From: Octopus sinensis
Taxonomy: Eukaryota
Length of the DNA: 64,000 nucleotides
Direction of reading: 5' to 3'
NCBI RefSeq assembly: GCF_006345805.1
Contig: NC_043006.1
Location: forward strand, 50,406,001 to 50,470,000
In this document: piece after piece, positions 1-13,282 of the stretch
How the letters are laid out: each line of letters starts with the position of its first letter
Position numbering within the stretch: position 1 is the stretch's first letter
Position numbers and translations under genes: made by a program
Notes under the pieces: generated by a model
Seen by the model: the letters and a program-made list of their open reading frames with translations, nothing else
What the model was told of the DNA's origin: nothing
Database searches by the model: none

Positions 1-1560
1 TGGTTATGGGCATGCAACATACTGCGAAGTTAACCAGAGAAAAATGCCAGTTGGACGATGATGCGGACTGGAACACTACAGAAAAAGGCTGTAGTTTTGC
101 ATTCCCCAAATAAAATAATGAGCCACTTTTATTTCCTTCGCTTGTTAAATATTCATCCACAGCTTTTGGCTGCTCCACGTATTCAGTCCACAGCAACTTT
201 AGCATAATCTCTAGAACAACATAACAAAAACTGAACTGTAGTAATCACAATTTGGGTAAAATATAACATCTAGTGTTGATTTCTTCCATATAAATCCAAT
301 CCCTGATCTTCACTGAAAGAATTATGACCGACAAGAATCTTAAACAATGTGGACTACTTGGTCCATTATGAATTGCGTTACAACTCTCTGTTGGAAGATT
401 CCTCACGCAATTAACTATAACAATATTTCTCCAAAGTTAATTGCTCATGGTTCCAGATGAAAAATACTGAAGTGTCAAAGAATCGATGACAACTGATTCG
501 GGAGGAATAGTTTTCCTTATTGCTTCGGGTAAAGGAGGCAATTTCTTTTTTAATTTTAGCAGAAACTTCGTTGACTCACACAGATTCCTATTGTGATAAT
601 ATCACCTGGAAATTCTGCAACTTTGCTCACATGTGGAATGACTGCTCCTTTTGCTTCTAAGCAGCTACTCAACCTGGTACACAATGAGAGATGCTGTGTG
701 GAGCATTGAAAAGGATTTGAACAGCCAGAGGTTCTGAAGCAGGCCAAGCTGATAGTATGAGATGAGTGCAAAATGCCTCCCAGACTTATATTTGAGGCAG
801 TTGGTCACATCTTAAAAGATCTCAGCGTTAAAATTAACACGGGTGGAATCATAGTCGTACTTAGTGATTTCAGGCAAATATCTGTGAACCACCTAGAAAA
901 GTACACACCTAAGATATGTTGAGACCATGACTCAAAGAAATCTGCATTTGAAAATAAGGAAAAAAGTTTCACTTTACTAACAACATGGGGGCTGTGTTTC
1001 ATAGAAATTTTCGAGTAGACTAGTTTATAGAAGTTTTATTCCAATTGGGAGCAATGGTTAGCTGCTACTTTGTACTAAGCTTGGAGGTATCAAAATACAA
1101 TAAAAATTATGGAGCAGTCATAAATATGTCTCTCTATCCTATACTGTGAATAAATTCATCTCAGTCTATTGGTTTACTTTCTCACCATCTGCAACTAAAA
1201 CTGAAAAACACATTTTGTGTTGTTACAGAATTTGTATGCATCAGAAATAGCTTGCCTTGTGCGGTCCAGTTCACCAATCCTTTGGTTGTGCTCAAAAAGA
1301 GTATGTCTCCATTCCTCGCAATTCCCTCGTCCAATCAAATATGCTGTTTCAGTTGTAGCGACTTCAGTTTCTAGAGTAGCCATCTCTTTCTCTGGCAATC
1401 AGCAAGTGTTTGTGAAATGCCCCAGGGATTGATCTGACATTCCACATTTCTCGCATAGTGAGTTCTATGTAGCATGCTCACATTCAGGGAGAAGCAGTCA
1501 TCTTTTTATTAGAGCACAAACCTTAGAACAAGAAATAGTGTCCATTCCAATGTTCTTACT
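1..1560 (+). mobile_element. Degenerate Helitron Rep/helicase (PIF1-like) remnant
   Basis: Broken frames give PIF1 motifs in order: GGIVFLIASGKGG (~500, decayed Walker A), SPGNSATLLTCGMTA (cf. SSGIAATLLxGGRTAH), AKLIV*DEC, GGIIVVLSDFRQI, QFP and HFSHSEFYVACS (cf. FSHGQLYVALS). Confidence 0.85.
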
Positions 1561-1919
1561 AGACAAAACATAGATCTATTAGAGCTGCACATGAGTCTAG
1601 AATTGTAAGAAAATATAGTTATACATACAAGACTATGTGCTTAAGTAAAAATTTAGAATTATCAATACACAAAAGCCTAAAATCTTACTTCCCATAAATA
1701 TGGCAAAATTCAGACTTAAAAATCACAATGAAAATATTTTTTGCATTACAACAAAAATAATTGCAAATATAATTACATACAGAGAGCATTACAGAAAAAT
1801 AAAAACTTACTCATAGTCATTTTAGTTTAGCAAAAATATTTCTACGTACTCAGGCATAGCAAATGCAGCTTTAACATCCCGCCACCTTGCTCGTCCTACA
1901 AGTAATCGTCCTACAAGTA

Positions 1920-2160
1920 ATATTATCTATTTCAAAGCTGTAAACACGAACTACAACCACATAAATAGGGACAACTGCAAGATGGGTCAAAACATGATAC
2001 AACCAACAAACGAATACATTTCCAAGCACAAACAGGGAAATTTATACCCTACTGAACACTGAAATTTAAAAAATACCCAATTTAGCATTTACTGGAAAGC
2101 ATTGTCCCATGCACAAACGTGTCAAGCACACAACAAAAGTTGCCAACACTGATTCCTAAA
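1920..2160 (+). mobile_element. Highly decayed Penelope-like GIY-YIG endonuclease fragment
   Basis: Translation NLKNTQFSIYWKALSHAQTCQAHNKSCQH resembles the PLE endonuclease C-terminus LKxxxxxxxIxWxxLxxAxxYxxxxKxCxLC. Confidence 0.5.
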
Positions 2161-2367
2161 ATGCTCTTTTTCAAGACCCAAATACCCAGCCGTAATTCAT
2201 AGACTTAAACCGATATTTCTACCAGTTAAATGTAACAATCTCTCACCCTTCTTTCTTAACCGACCATAAATAATCATTATAACAACAAACACCATAGTTT
2301 TTTGACTCTACTATAATTATCTAAAAGTCCTAAGATTATCATCTTACCTACAAAACATTTCCACGTA

Positions 2368-2559
2368 CAGTAATCCCTCGACTATCGCGGGTTTTACCCC
2401 CCCCCCCACGCGATAAGTGAAAATCCGCCAAGTAGAAACTACTGTACTGTATATATATTTTTTAAATTTATAATTTGTATATATTAATTTTGTTATAAAT
2501 GTAAAGCAACACCATGGAAGGACTGACGTAAGTGAACTGCGATATGGTTAGGGATTACT
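2368..2559. mobile_element. pogo/Tigger-like MITE (~190 bp)
   Basis: TIRs CAGTAATCCCT ... AGGGATTACT, TA before the left end, no coding capacity. Confidence 0.7.
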
Positions 2560-3161
2560 TAATCCGTTGCTTTCCCCAGTTGTGATAAAGGCAAAAAAGC
2601 TACACCCAATTCTGTTAACACTCTTTTAAAAATATGAATTGTGATATGATTATGGTTAACTCTCTTGCGTGATGCTTTAAATTTCAATAACACCCACATA
2701 TTTAAAAACAATGTTATTCTAATTGCAAGTATAATCTCAGTTGATCGGTGTATAACACACGCGAACGCATAACTAATCCCCCAGCACACAAGTATATATA
2801 TACTATAATAATCTATTTCTATAACATAATTGCTTATTAAATATAGAGGCGATATGTACTTGATAAGATATATTTGCATATATTAACATACATACATGTA
2901 CTATATAGACATGTGTGTGTATGTGTGCTTGTGTATACACTCAGATGTGTGTGCTTGTGTATGTGTGTAAAAGGGGATGTAATGTCACAACCCAGGCAGA
3001 ATAGAGTTGGAAAGAATTAAAAGAAAGCAAGCCTGCATATATATATCACTTTAAAATATCTGAATCTAGTTTATATTTTATTCAGCATTTTCACTATTTT
3101 GAAAAGAGGTTAGTCACGCAAAACATTGCACAACATTGTACATCATTAGGAACAAGTCTAT

Positions 3162-3480
3162 ACACGAGGTGCTATCAGAAAGTTCCCAGACTAGTTACGT
3201 TTAATAAAAGATAACTTATTCACCTAAGATTTAACATCATCTCCTCCGAAACAGTCACCTTGCGCAGCAATACATCGGTCCAAGCGTTCCTGCTTCTTTT
3301 GGAATCCAGTCTGGAAGTTGTTTTGCGTAAGCGAGTCGAGAACCTTCTGCGATCCGCTCTGGATCTCGACAACGGTGACCTTTGAGCTGCATTTTCATCT
3401 TGGAGAAGAGATGGAAGTCCACAGGGGCTAAATTTGGCAAATAGGGGCGAGTGCGGAAGCGACACCATGTTTTTGGTGAG
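3162..3480 (-). mobile_element. mariner transposase 3' fragment with terminal repeat
   Basis: PNLAPVDFHLFSKMKMQLKGHR matches mariner SPDLAPxDFxLF..K..L.G.R; terminus TACACGAGGTGCTATCAGAAAG at ~3160. Confidence 0.85.
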
Positions 3481-3741
3481 ACACTCGCGAGTGGGGAGAG
3501 TTGTATTTTAGAAGTTATTTCGTGTTAAATTTGTCGTATTTGGGTAATTTTAACCAATCAATGAAATGTATTCAGCTGAAGAAAGTTACTGCTGCTGTTT
3601 GCGGACAACAACTTCCGGCTCCATTGACAAAACGATGAATTTTCGAAAACAGAAAAATTTAAACTGAAAATCTCCCGTAACAAAACCCTTCTTTAATAAC
3701 CAGATATGTTTCGTATAGCAACATATACGAGAATGTGTCCA

Positions 3742-3753
3742 TCTATCTATCTA

Positions 3754-3846
<93 letters not shown>
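3742..3846. repeat. (TATC)n microsatellite
   Basis: Direct reading. Confidence 0.98.
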
Positions 3847-3847
<1 letters not shown>

Positions 3848-3854
3848 AATTTAA

Positions 3855-4490
3855 AATAATAAGGGTAAAAAGTTGAATATTAATTTGATTAATATCAATT
3901 TAAAACCAGTGGTCTAGCATATAGTAAAATCTGAAGATTCAGAAAGATTATATTACATACATATGAGAGGGATGACCACTAAGTGGACAGCCATTATGCT
4001 AGAGGTCGACCCCCTATTGTCTTACCACTAAGAAAGGAATGTTCTCAAGAAAATTTAGCAAAACACCAGAACGTAAGCGAGCAAGACAATTAAAAAGATA
4101 CAAAATATACAGATTAATCACAAACCTGTTCCGTTGTTACCACTCGCATAATCACTTACGTAGATGTCCGCAACTCGTCAGTGTGATCGTCATAACAAAA
4201 TATTATTTGCAGATCTATACACGATGCGTCCGCATGAGATTGAACATGTATATTGCTCTAACAATTACATTTGGGGATATATTTCAAAAGTCTTCGTTTT
4301 GGTTTGTGATTAATCTGTATATATTGTATCTTTTCATTTCTCTTGCTCGTTTACGTTCTGACGTTTGCTAAATTTTCTTGAGAACAATCTTTTCTTAGCG
4401 GTAAGACCATAGAAGGTCTACTTCTAGCATAGAAGGTCTACTTCTAGCATAGAAGCTATCTACTTAGTGGTCATCCCCCTTATATGTATG
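3855..4490 (-). mobile_element. Non-autonomous hammerhead element, family A, with inverted terminal duplication (arms ~3960-4126 and 4301-4490)
   Basis: Diverged inverted repeat; hammerhead at the arm/spacer boundary; similar to 52425-53150; flanked by microsatellites. Confidence 0.75.
4115..4188 (-). ncRNA. Type I hammerhead ribozyme, degenerate (GGAA for GAAA)
   Basis: Minus strand: GATCACA-CTGACGA-GTTG...CAAC-GGAA-C-AG-GTT-TGTGATT; 7 bp stem I, 4 bp base of stem II. Confidence 0.7.
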
Positions 4491-4669
4491 TATGTGTGTA
4501 TGTATATATACATACACACACACATTAATAATAGGCAGAAGTTACAGAGTGACAATGGCCAAATTTGTGTTTGATAGATGCCAATATGCGAAACTCTCAG
4601 TTTTTGACTTACTCTCTAATTTCTAGTGATGATATATATAGATGCATATATGTGTAAAAAAGATCTCAT

Positions 4670-5345
4670 CACGCAATCGAACCAATGAAAGAGCCTCTAC
4701 CTGGTCGCTCGACACGCTGCAAATAGCAGCCAAAGTATCCCCCTACCTAAATCACACACCTATTGTACGTAATGTCCTATATTATCCCTAAAAAGACGGT
4801 TTGCTGAAGGCTGGAATGTCTTTGAAGATAGGTTCGCTGTGTCAGGGATGATTTTGAGGCTAGATAACAACAAAATTATTCCAAAGACAGACCAACGACA
4901 GCGCCTGTATGTGGTTGCATAACCTGCTAGAAAAAGTAACCAAACTCTTTTATATACAATAGAAAAAACTCATGTGATATACACGTAGAGTCCATTATGT
5001 CTGAGAAGAAAGACGGAATGGTCACGTCTTTGATCATATATGTTCAATCAGATCCAACTCGGGACGAAACAACAGGTGAAGGGAACGTGACGAGGCAACG
5101 AGAGAACCTTTTCCTTGTCACTCGAGTTGCTAGAAAGAATAATCAAATCTTTCCGACAAAAAGAAAAATGAAATTTCCGTCTTCAAGAAAAAAATATATA
5201 TATATATAAAGCATGTTTATATTATTTTATAATGTTCGCTTAGGAATCCATTACTTCTGGAAAAGAATAAGACAAAATGGTCATGACTGGAACGCCTTTT
5301 CTCACAGATCCATTACAAATAGAGCTATTCTGTGGTTAAAGCAAT
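4670..5345 (+). repeat. Three diverged head-to-tail copies of a ~210-260 bp repeat
   Basis: Recurring variants of CTGCTAGAAATAGCAGCCAAA (~4717, ~4924, ~5127) and GGTCATGGCTGGAATGCCTTTGA (~4808, ~5015, ~5279). Confidence 0.55.
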
Positions 5346-5981
5346 ATTCTTCACTAAATGATGAAGCGGCTAAAATTAAAGTAAAGTTGAAAGAATAAAA
5401 GGTAGCATGTATCCATGTTCCAAATATTGGGATTTCCTTGACTAGCGTAATTTATTCAGATTTTCGTATGAAATAAATAGAAAATGTTATGGGAACTTAG
5501 TACATATTATGGCTAATATCCAGTGTTGTACGAGAGTAGTTTCACGGATCTTGTCAATCTCAGTCACAAATTTTTTAATTATTTTTTTTTAACTAAACAG
5601 TTTGAAACTTCGGATACTAGTTGAATGTGTCAAGGGTTTTCATTTCTGTATATACAAAAGTTTGGCTACTTTTTCTAGTAGGTCATACAACCACATACAG
5701 GCTCCATCGTTGGTCTGTTTCAGCAATAATTAGGTAAAAATAATGAGCGAGAAGTCGTTGTTCGCAAACAGCAGCAGTAACTTTCTTCAGCTGAATACAC
5801 CTCATTGATTAGTTAAAATTACCCAAATGCGACAACTTTAACACGAAATAACTTCTAAAAACGTTAAGAGTAAGCCCTGTTCTACGTGACACATTCAACC
5901 AGTATCCGAAGTTTTAAAGTGTTTAATAAAAAACATATTAATTAAAAAATCTGTGCTTGAGATGGAAAAAATCCGAATATG

Positions 5982-5984
<3 letters not shown>

Positions 5985-6045
<61 letters not shown>

Positions 6046-6070
6046 CAAAACATACATACATACATACACA

Positions 6071-6103
<33 letters not shown>

Positions 6104-6115
6104 GTATGTATGTAT

Positions 6116-6159
<44 letters not shown>

Positions 6160-6196
6160 ACATATATACACACTCATAAACACACACACATATATA
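5985..6196. repeat. Compound (TA)n/(TAGA)n/(CATA)n/(CA)n microsatellite
   Basis: Direct reading. Confidence 0.95.
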
Positions 6197-7044
6197 TGGG
6201 AAATGGGGAAAAGGATGACTGTATGGGGGATAGTAGATAGTTAGATGGGAAAGAGTTTAATATATTAAACTTGTCTCAGTCACGCAAAACTCTAGACGTA
6301 ATCTTCGTCTCCGTTGGCGTCGCTAAACGAGATTTATGATCTCCAGCCAGACGATTTGGTAATAGAACACGCCGAGACTGTTTGTCCTTGATTTCTTTCT
6401 TTGCCTTTGCGTATAAGAGAAATAGAGACAGATAGCAAATGAGAGAGAGAGAGAGAGAGAGAATATAAGAGGAAAGTAGCAGAAACGGAGACTAATTATT
6501 AATTATCAGTTGCAAGTGATGATAATGGTCGAAGTACATTTATTTTGCTTTGGTTTCTGTGGTTTCTTGCACGAGAGGCAAAGTCTACAAATAACTGACA
6601 CAATTCAATGAATTAATACTTGTATCTTATACTCCATAAATTGCATTTAGGCCCTGACTGAACAGACGTATAGAGTAACTATGAAAGTCGCACTATTATT
6701 CCCATAGCTAACACGCTACCCTTTCAGGGATCAAACACGCATCATTATTTATTCTCCCAGCTCCATTTTAGTTATAAAATTTTTACTATTGTAATTTCAA
6801 AATATTTTGTAAAATATATATCGCTTGCATGCGTTCAGGGTCAAATCCCAACATGAATAATGATTAACATCAGTTACGATTAGTCAAGGCTTGTATAATA
6901 GGTAATATTTTATCTCAACCAATGAAAAAGAAGCTTATTAACACATAATAAAGATGTGGCCTATTTCCCCTTCACGTTGTCTATACACATCAAACTAAAT
7001 AGAATAAATGTATGTGTGTGTGCGCACGCTTGTGTAAGTTTGTC

Positions 7045-7106
7045 TATGTATACATATATATATATAATGAAGCAATATTTGAATGCCTTTCATATATATA
7101 TATTAT

Positions 7107-7158
<52 letters not shown>

Positions 7159-7251
7159 AGTATATATATATATATGTAAGTATATATATATATATACACA
7201 TATATATATATTATATATATATAGAGAGAGAGAGAGATATAGATATATATG

Positions 7252-7300
<49 letters not shown>

Positions 7301-7325
7301 TATATATACACATATATATATATTA
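7045..7325. repeat. (TA)n microsatellite at the CR1 3' end
   Basis: Direct reading. Confidence 0.95.
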
Positions 7326-7417
7326 TTTATTTATTTTATTTTATTTTATCTAGTTTCAGCTCACGAGCTGTGGCCATGCTGGGGCACCGCCATTTGGTGT
7401 TGCTGCATGATTTTACT

Positions 7418-10411
7418 TCAAGAATGCTTTTTAGCAACTGCCATTTGGTGCATGAGAGAGTTCGATGCAGCTGCCCTCATCTGCACCTCCTGCCATGAAG
7501 TTGGTTCATCCGGGACACCTGACAGGAAGAGATCCAGTCCTACTTTAAAGACATCTGCATCCACCCCATGCAGGTCTCTCAGGTTCTTCGGGAGGATATT
7601 GAAGAGCTGTGGGCCTCTGAAGCCCAGGCTATCACAGTATCTTGTCCTACATCTTGATGGCAAATTTGGAGTCCTTGGCACCACGCAGTGGCGCCCTGTT
7701 CTGGCATTTGTGTAACTCTCGATGCCAAAGTTTAGGACAAGTCCTTCTAGGATCTTCCAGATGTATATTATGGCATATATTTCTCGCCTACGCTCTAAGG
7801 AATAGAGTCTTAATCTCTTGAGTCTTTCCCAGTAGCTTATATACTGCACAGAGGCTATCTTCGTGTAGCTTCGTTGGATCGCCTCAAGTTCTGTGATCAA
7901 CTTGACACTGGATGGTGACCATAGCTGAGAGCAATAGTCAAAGTGGCTTAGGACAAGTGTCCTCCAGAGGACCATCATGGTTTCTTGGTCTCTTGTTCTA
8001 AAGGTTCTAAGAATCCATCCGGCCAGCCGCCTACAATTCATTGCCAGTTTAGCAACATGTACATGAAAGGTTGCGTCATCACTCATGTAAATACCCAGGT
8101 CACGCACTGATTGTGCCTCTGGGATTGCAATCCCTCCAGGTCCAGTGTATTCATTGGGTATTGCATTTAGTTTTGCATGCTGATAGCATAAAGCTTGAAA
8201 CTTTTCAGCATTGAACTGCATGCTATTCTTTTCAGCCCACTTGTATATTTTGTCCAGCTCACATTGCAGGTGCTTAGTGTCTTCAGGGTTCTGTATTGCC
8301 TGTGAAACTTTTGTATCATCTGCATAACTTGTGATCGTGGCTCTCTGCGTGGCTGAGGGCATGTCTGAGAGGGCCATTATGAACAGTAGTGGTCCCAAAA
8401 CAGTACCCTGCGGAACACCGCTCACTATTTGCGTGTTAATGGTAGTGGCCCCATTGGCTACTACCACATGCTTCAGAAAGTCATGAAGCCATTCTCTCAA
8501 TTTTCCAACTATGCCAAGATCACGCAGTTTGTGACATACCATTCCATGATCGACTTTATCAAAGGCCTTTGCAAAGTCGAGATATATGACTTCCACATTT
8601 GAGTGGTTGAGCAGTCGTTTCAGCACCCAGTCATAATGTTGTAGGAGCTGAGTTAAGCAGCTTCTTCCTGGTCGGAAACCATGTTGGGTGTCAGGCAGCG
8701 AGTCATTTTCCTCAAGGAAGGTGATTAGTTTCCTTCTGACTATTCGTTCCATGACCTTGATGATGTGTGAGGTCAGAGAGATAGGTCTGTAGTTCTTGGC
8801 TTCCGCTCTGCTACCTCCTTTATGAATAGGGCATATTTTACCTTCCTTCAGTTTTCTTGGAAGTTTGCCAGTTGCAAGGAAGCTCTGAAAGAGGAACTGC
8901 AGTGGTCTTGCTAGGACTCTCTTACATACTTTTAGAAGGATTGCTGGGAATCTATCGGGGCCAGTAGCTGAGTTTGTTTTCATTTCATCTATGGCCTTTA
9001 TTACATCGTCTTCCTTTATATTGATGTAATCAATCATCGCTGCCTCTGATTTTATATCTGCAGTGGTAAAGAAGTCAGTTGGATTGCTGACTTGGAAATT
9101 CCCAAGGGGTGGAGTGAAAACGCTCTTGAATTGCTCATTTAGTATTTCACTTACCCTCATTAGATTTCCTGTGAGTGCACCGTAGCTGTTTCTTTGGCAT
9201 ACCTGTAGAAAGCTCTGGGGTTAGATTTTATGTTGTCTATAGCCCAGGCATCTTTGTCTGCTCTTTCCTTTTCATGGGAGAGTTGCAGACATTTTTCAAT
9301 TTCCAACAGTTTTATTTTCAGACGGGACTTTTCACTGCTTTCAATTTGTTTGTTTAGGCGATTTGAAACTTTTGTACGCCGTCTCATTAGAATTTTCCTC
9401 TCTCTGGGGATTTTGCTCTTGTGTACAGTGGCCTTTCTCTCTGGGACACATTTGTAGCATATGACTTGCATTACAGACATGAATTGTTGAAGTTTCATGT
9501 CGATGTCTGGAGACATTCAGACATTCAGGCCAGTTTTGTTTGAGGATCTCTTTCTCAATTTGCTTCCAGTTTGCCTTATGAAAGTTCAAGCTGGAAAGAT
9601 TCTGAGAGTTTCTTGTAGGATGCATGTCCATGCTTTCCTTTGGCCCGTACATGGTCAGCTCTACCATGTTGTGATCCGAGACTAGTGTCGGTGTCACTTT
9701 CACATTATGGATGAGATCCATATTATTTGTGAAGCAGAGATCCAGTATGTTACCTGCCCTGGTTGGTTGGAGTATTACTTGCTCCATGTACAGGGTGTTG
9801 ATGATGTTCAGGAGGGACCTCCCCTGTCCTCGTTCACATCGTGTCATTCCTGGGAGAGAAAGGCCCTCTGGCCATCTGACATTGGGTAGATTGAAGTCTC
9901 CCATAAGAAGTACACTTATGTGTTGTTCTAATGTGACTAGAACTTCTATTTTTATAAGGCAGTCTTCAAACTTGCCTACATGGCTTGGGGCATCTGGAGG
10001 GTGATATGTAGCACACACAACTACACCAAGTTGCCTTATATGTACAATTAGGGTGTCACACACCGAGTTTGAGTATGACAAAAGGACCTGGGGTGTGAGG
10101 TTCTCACGGATGTACATAGCAACTCCTCCATGACTCCTTTCTTTTCTGTCGGTCCGTAGTACAACATACTGTGGTATGTGTATTTCCGCATCTGCTATGT
10201 CCGGTTTCAGGTGTGTTTCCGTAAGTGCTATGCATAAGGCTTGATTGCATGCAACAAAGTCTCTCAAGAACGGGATTTTTGTCCTATTACTGAGTGTTAG
10301 CAGTCCTCTTATGTTCAGTAGGAGCATCGAGGTGAGGTGTACGCTGTTGCCGGCGGTGTCCACCTTGGGTCTATTCGCTGTGGCGGTCTTGTGTATTGTG
10401 GATAGTCCCAT
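7418..10411 (-). pseudogene. CR1 ORF2 (APE endonuclease + reverse transcriptase), split into three frames (9341-10411, 9160-9516, 7418-9160)
   Basis: APE motifs LNIRG, ALTET, MGDFN, LDLCF, SDH; RT motifs NYRPISLTS, QHGFR, YLDFAKAFD, GVPQGTVLGPLLF, YADD. Confidence 0.93.
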
Positions 10412-10977
10412 CTGCGAGTTTGAGTTTGATGGAGCCAGGTTAGCTGCTGTACAATCTTTTGTGCCATGTACAAAAAAGATTCTTGTTCAGCAGCTGCCCT
10501 TTCAATAACATGTTGGCGGTTTGTAGCACGCACCACATCTGCGTACCTCCGTTTTGGGGCAGGTGGTGCGTGGTCCATTCCTTTTCCTTTTGGTAGTTGG
10601 TTTCTGACCTGTTTCGTGTTAATGTGGCAGGGTCTTTGATGTGCAAAACGGCAGTCTGCACCTTCCACTCCATGCCAGCAGACACCTTTCATGCAGAATT
10701 TACATATTCGTGTGCGCTGTCTGTTTCTATCCTTTTTGGTAGATGGATAGTCAGGTTTGCTTCTATCCTTGGCTGTTTCATCCTTTGGTTTTGTTTGAGT
10801 TTTAGTTTTTCCTTCTTTGGCTGTTTCATTTTTTGTTCTTCTTTTAGTTTTTCCTCCTTTTATTTCTTTTTTGTCTCTTTCATCTTCATGGCCTTTGGTG
10901 CTGGTAGGAGCACTTGCACTTGGGTTTACTTCCCGGGCAGGTTTCTCACTTGAATCTTCTTCCTGGGTGTCTACCAA
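10315..10977 (-). CDS. CR1 ORF1-like basic protein with CCCH-type zinc finger (possibly partial)
   Basis: K/E-rich region followed by CKFCMKGVCWHGVEGADCRFAH, directly upstream of the APE domain. Confidence 0.65.
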   Translation of the reverse strand: MVDTQEEDSSEKPAREVNPSASAPTSTKGHEDERDKKEIKGGKTKRRTKNETAKEGKTKTQTKPKDETAKDRSKPDYPSTKKDRNRQRTRICKFCMKGVCWHGVEGADCRFAHQRPCHINTKQVRNQLPKGKGMDHAPPAPKRRYADVVRATNRQHVIERAAAEQESFLYMAQKIVQQLTWLHQTQTRRWDYPQYTRPPQRIDPRWTPPATAYTSPRCSY

Positions 10978-11017
10978 ATGGGGGTGACATCTTTCATCAG
11001 CATATATATATATATGT

Positions 11018-11048
<31 letters not shown>

Positions 11049-11049
11049 T

Positions 11050-11108
<59 letters not shown>

Positions 11109-11904
11109 GTACATACTTGTATATATGTATTTATATTACATTGTGTATATAGGAGACTATATATGCACACATTCACACGCATACATTATTTATGCATGTA
11201 TCTAAACTTGTATACTATTCAAGGTTTTATGTTGGAGTATATAGACACATATATATGTACGTGTGTGTGTCAAGATTTATATTCTCTCTTCTGCGCATGC
11301 GCGCATGAATGGAACATAGCAGTCAATGTGGTACAAGCTGTCAAGTCTGTGAATGAAAAATTGCAATTCCTTGCTTGATATAGTTATTCCATTTCACTTC
11401 AGTTAAGGCATCCTAGGGTCTATTTTTCTTATCTAGATAGATCATACATATCAAGGTTACAATATACGTTGAACTTAGATCAATAAAGCTCATTGCTCAT
11501 TGGGTATTTCTTCTCAAGAACTCACACACATACTTAATACATGGTCGCACATATGTACGCCCACCTTCCCCTTATTTATCTACAGGCATAGATACATACG
11601 TATATACTTACAAACATGCATACGCAATATATATATTTATGGGCAAGGAAGCAAAAATCCTGCATATTTGTGGAGAAGAGCTGTCTGGCGGATGGGGACA
11701 TTCCATGAAAATTTATGTGAAAATAGAATATTTATGATGAAATATGTGTATTGAAGCATGTACATGTCTTTCTTTTTTGCTATATCCAGATTACTATTTT
11801 CGCCTTTTTATCATAACGGTAAAATATGCAACAATTTACATTTAATAATATTGTTCTATAAGGTTATATTCAAATGCATTCAAAGAATACGTATAAGTAT
11901 TTAT

Positions 11905-12392
<488 letters not shown>

Positions 12393-12666
12393 ATTTCAAC
12401 AATTGAGGTAAAAATTAATAATTAATCAATTTCACCAGGATTCAGTATGCAAAGGGACCATTTAAGGCGAATTCAAATTATTACATTATATAAAAGGCTT
12501 AGTAAAATAAATTACTTTGCCGCATACTGAACTCATTAGAATAGCAGCTAAAAACTTTTTTAAAACTATTCTAATACTTAAGAAAACCTCTCTCATATAG
12601 TGTTTGCTCAATTCAACTCACGCAAATATGGGGGTAGAGACATTAAAAAATCAAGTGCAAAGGTTA

Positions 12667-12723
12667 TTTGAGAACGTACGTTTCAAGATTAGTCAACACG
12701 ACATTTCTATCATCAGCTCAGAA
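12667..12723 (-). ncRNA. Type I hammerhead ribozyme (mirror copy)
   Basis: Reverse complement of the 12811-12867 motif. Confidence 0.8.
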
Positions 12724-12810
12724 CTCCCTGGTTTGGATTGAAAACACTGAAAGTGGGAGCATACCCTTTATGCTCCCACTTTCAGTGTTTTTCAAATCCA
12801 AACCAGGGAG

Positions 12811-12867
12811 TTCTGAGCTGATGATAGAAATGTCGTGTTGACTAATCTTGAAACGTACGTTCTCAAA
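12811..12867 (+). ncRNA. Type I minimal hammerhead ribozyme
   Basis: TGAG-CTGATGA-T-AGAaatGTCgtgttGACtaaTCT-T-GAAA-CGTACG-TT-CTCA; palindromic stem III ACGTACGT. Confidence 0.8.
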
Positions 12868-13207
12868 TACCTTTGCACTTGATTTTTATGTCTCTACCCC
12901 CATATTTGCGTGAGTTGAATTGAGCAAACACTATATGAGAGAGGTTTTCTTTAAGTATTAGAAATAGTTTTAAAAAAGTTTTTTAGCTGCTATTTCTAAT
13001 GAGTTCAGTATGCGGCAAAGTAATTTATTTACTAAGCCCTTTATACTATAATATATATATATAATTATTGTTATATATATATTTATGTTATATATATATA
13101 TGCATATATATATATGTATTATATATACATACATACAATATATCATATACATATATATATATATATAATATATATATATACAATATATATGTATATAATA
13201 TATAATA

Positions 13208-13257
<50 letters not shown>

Positions 13258-13282
13258 ATATATATATATATATATATATTAA

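Larger units (their letters stand above)
3506..5860. repeat. Two inverted ~110 bp copies of one repeat (3506-3616 and 5751-5860)
   Basis: TTTTAGAAGTTATTTCGTGTTAAA...CAGCTGAAGAAAGTTACTGCTGCTGTTTGCG recurs as its reverse complement with scattered mismatches. Confidence 0.8.
7326..11001 (-). mobile_element. Near full-length CR1-clade LINE, frameshifted, inserted in (TA)n
   Basis: ORF1-like region, APE endonuclease, RT, then a 3' hairpin and (TAAAA)n tail; (TA)n on both sides. Confidence 0.92.

Noticed and set aside
3574-3660. CTGAAGA core matches (also ~3931, 19651, 31467, 45688, 46361, 54014)
   Set aside because: No compatible stems or correctly placed GAAA.
5895-7313. Many 60-200 aa ORFs rich in YI/CV/HT repeats (also at 11-17, 32, 43-44, 53 and 62 kb)
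   Set aside because: These are translations of (TA)n, (TG)n and (TATG)n microsatellites.
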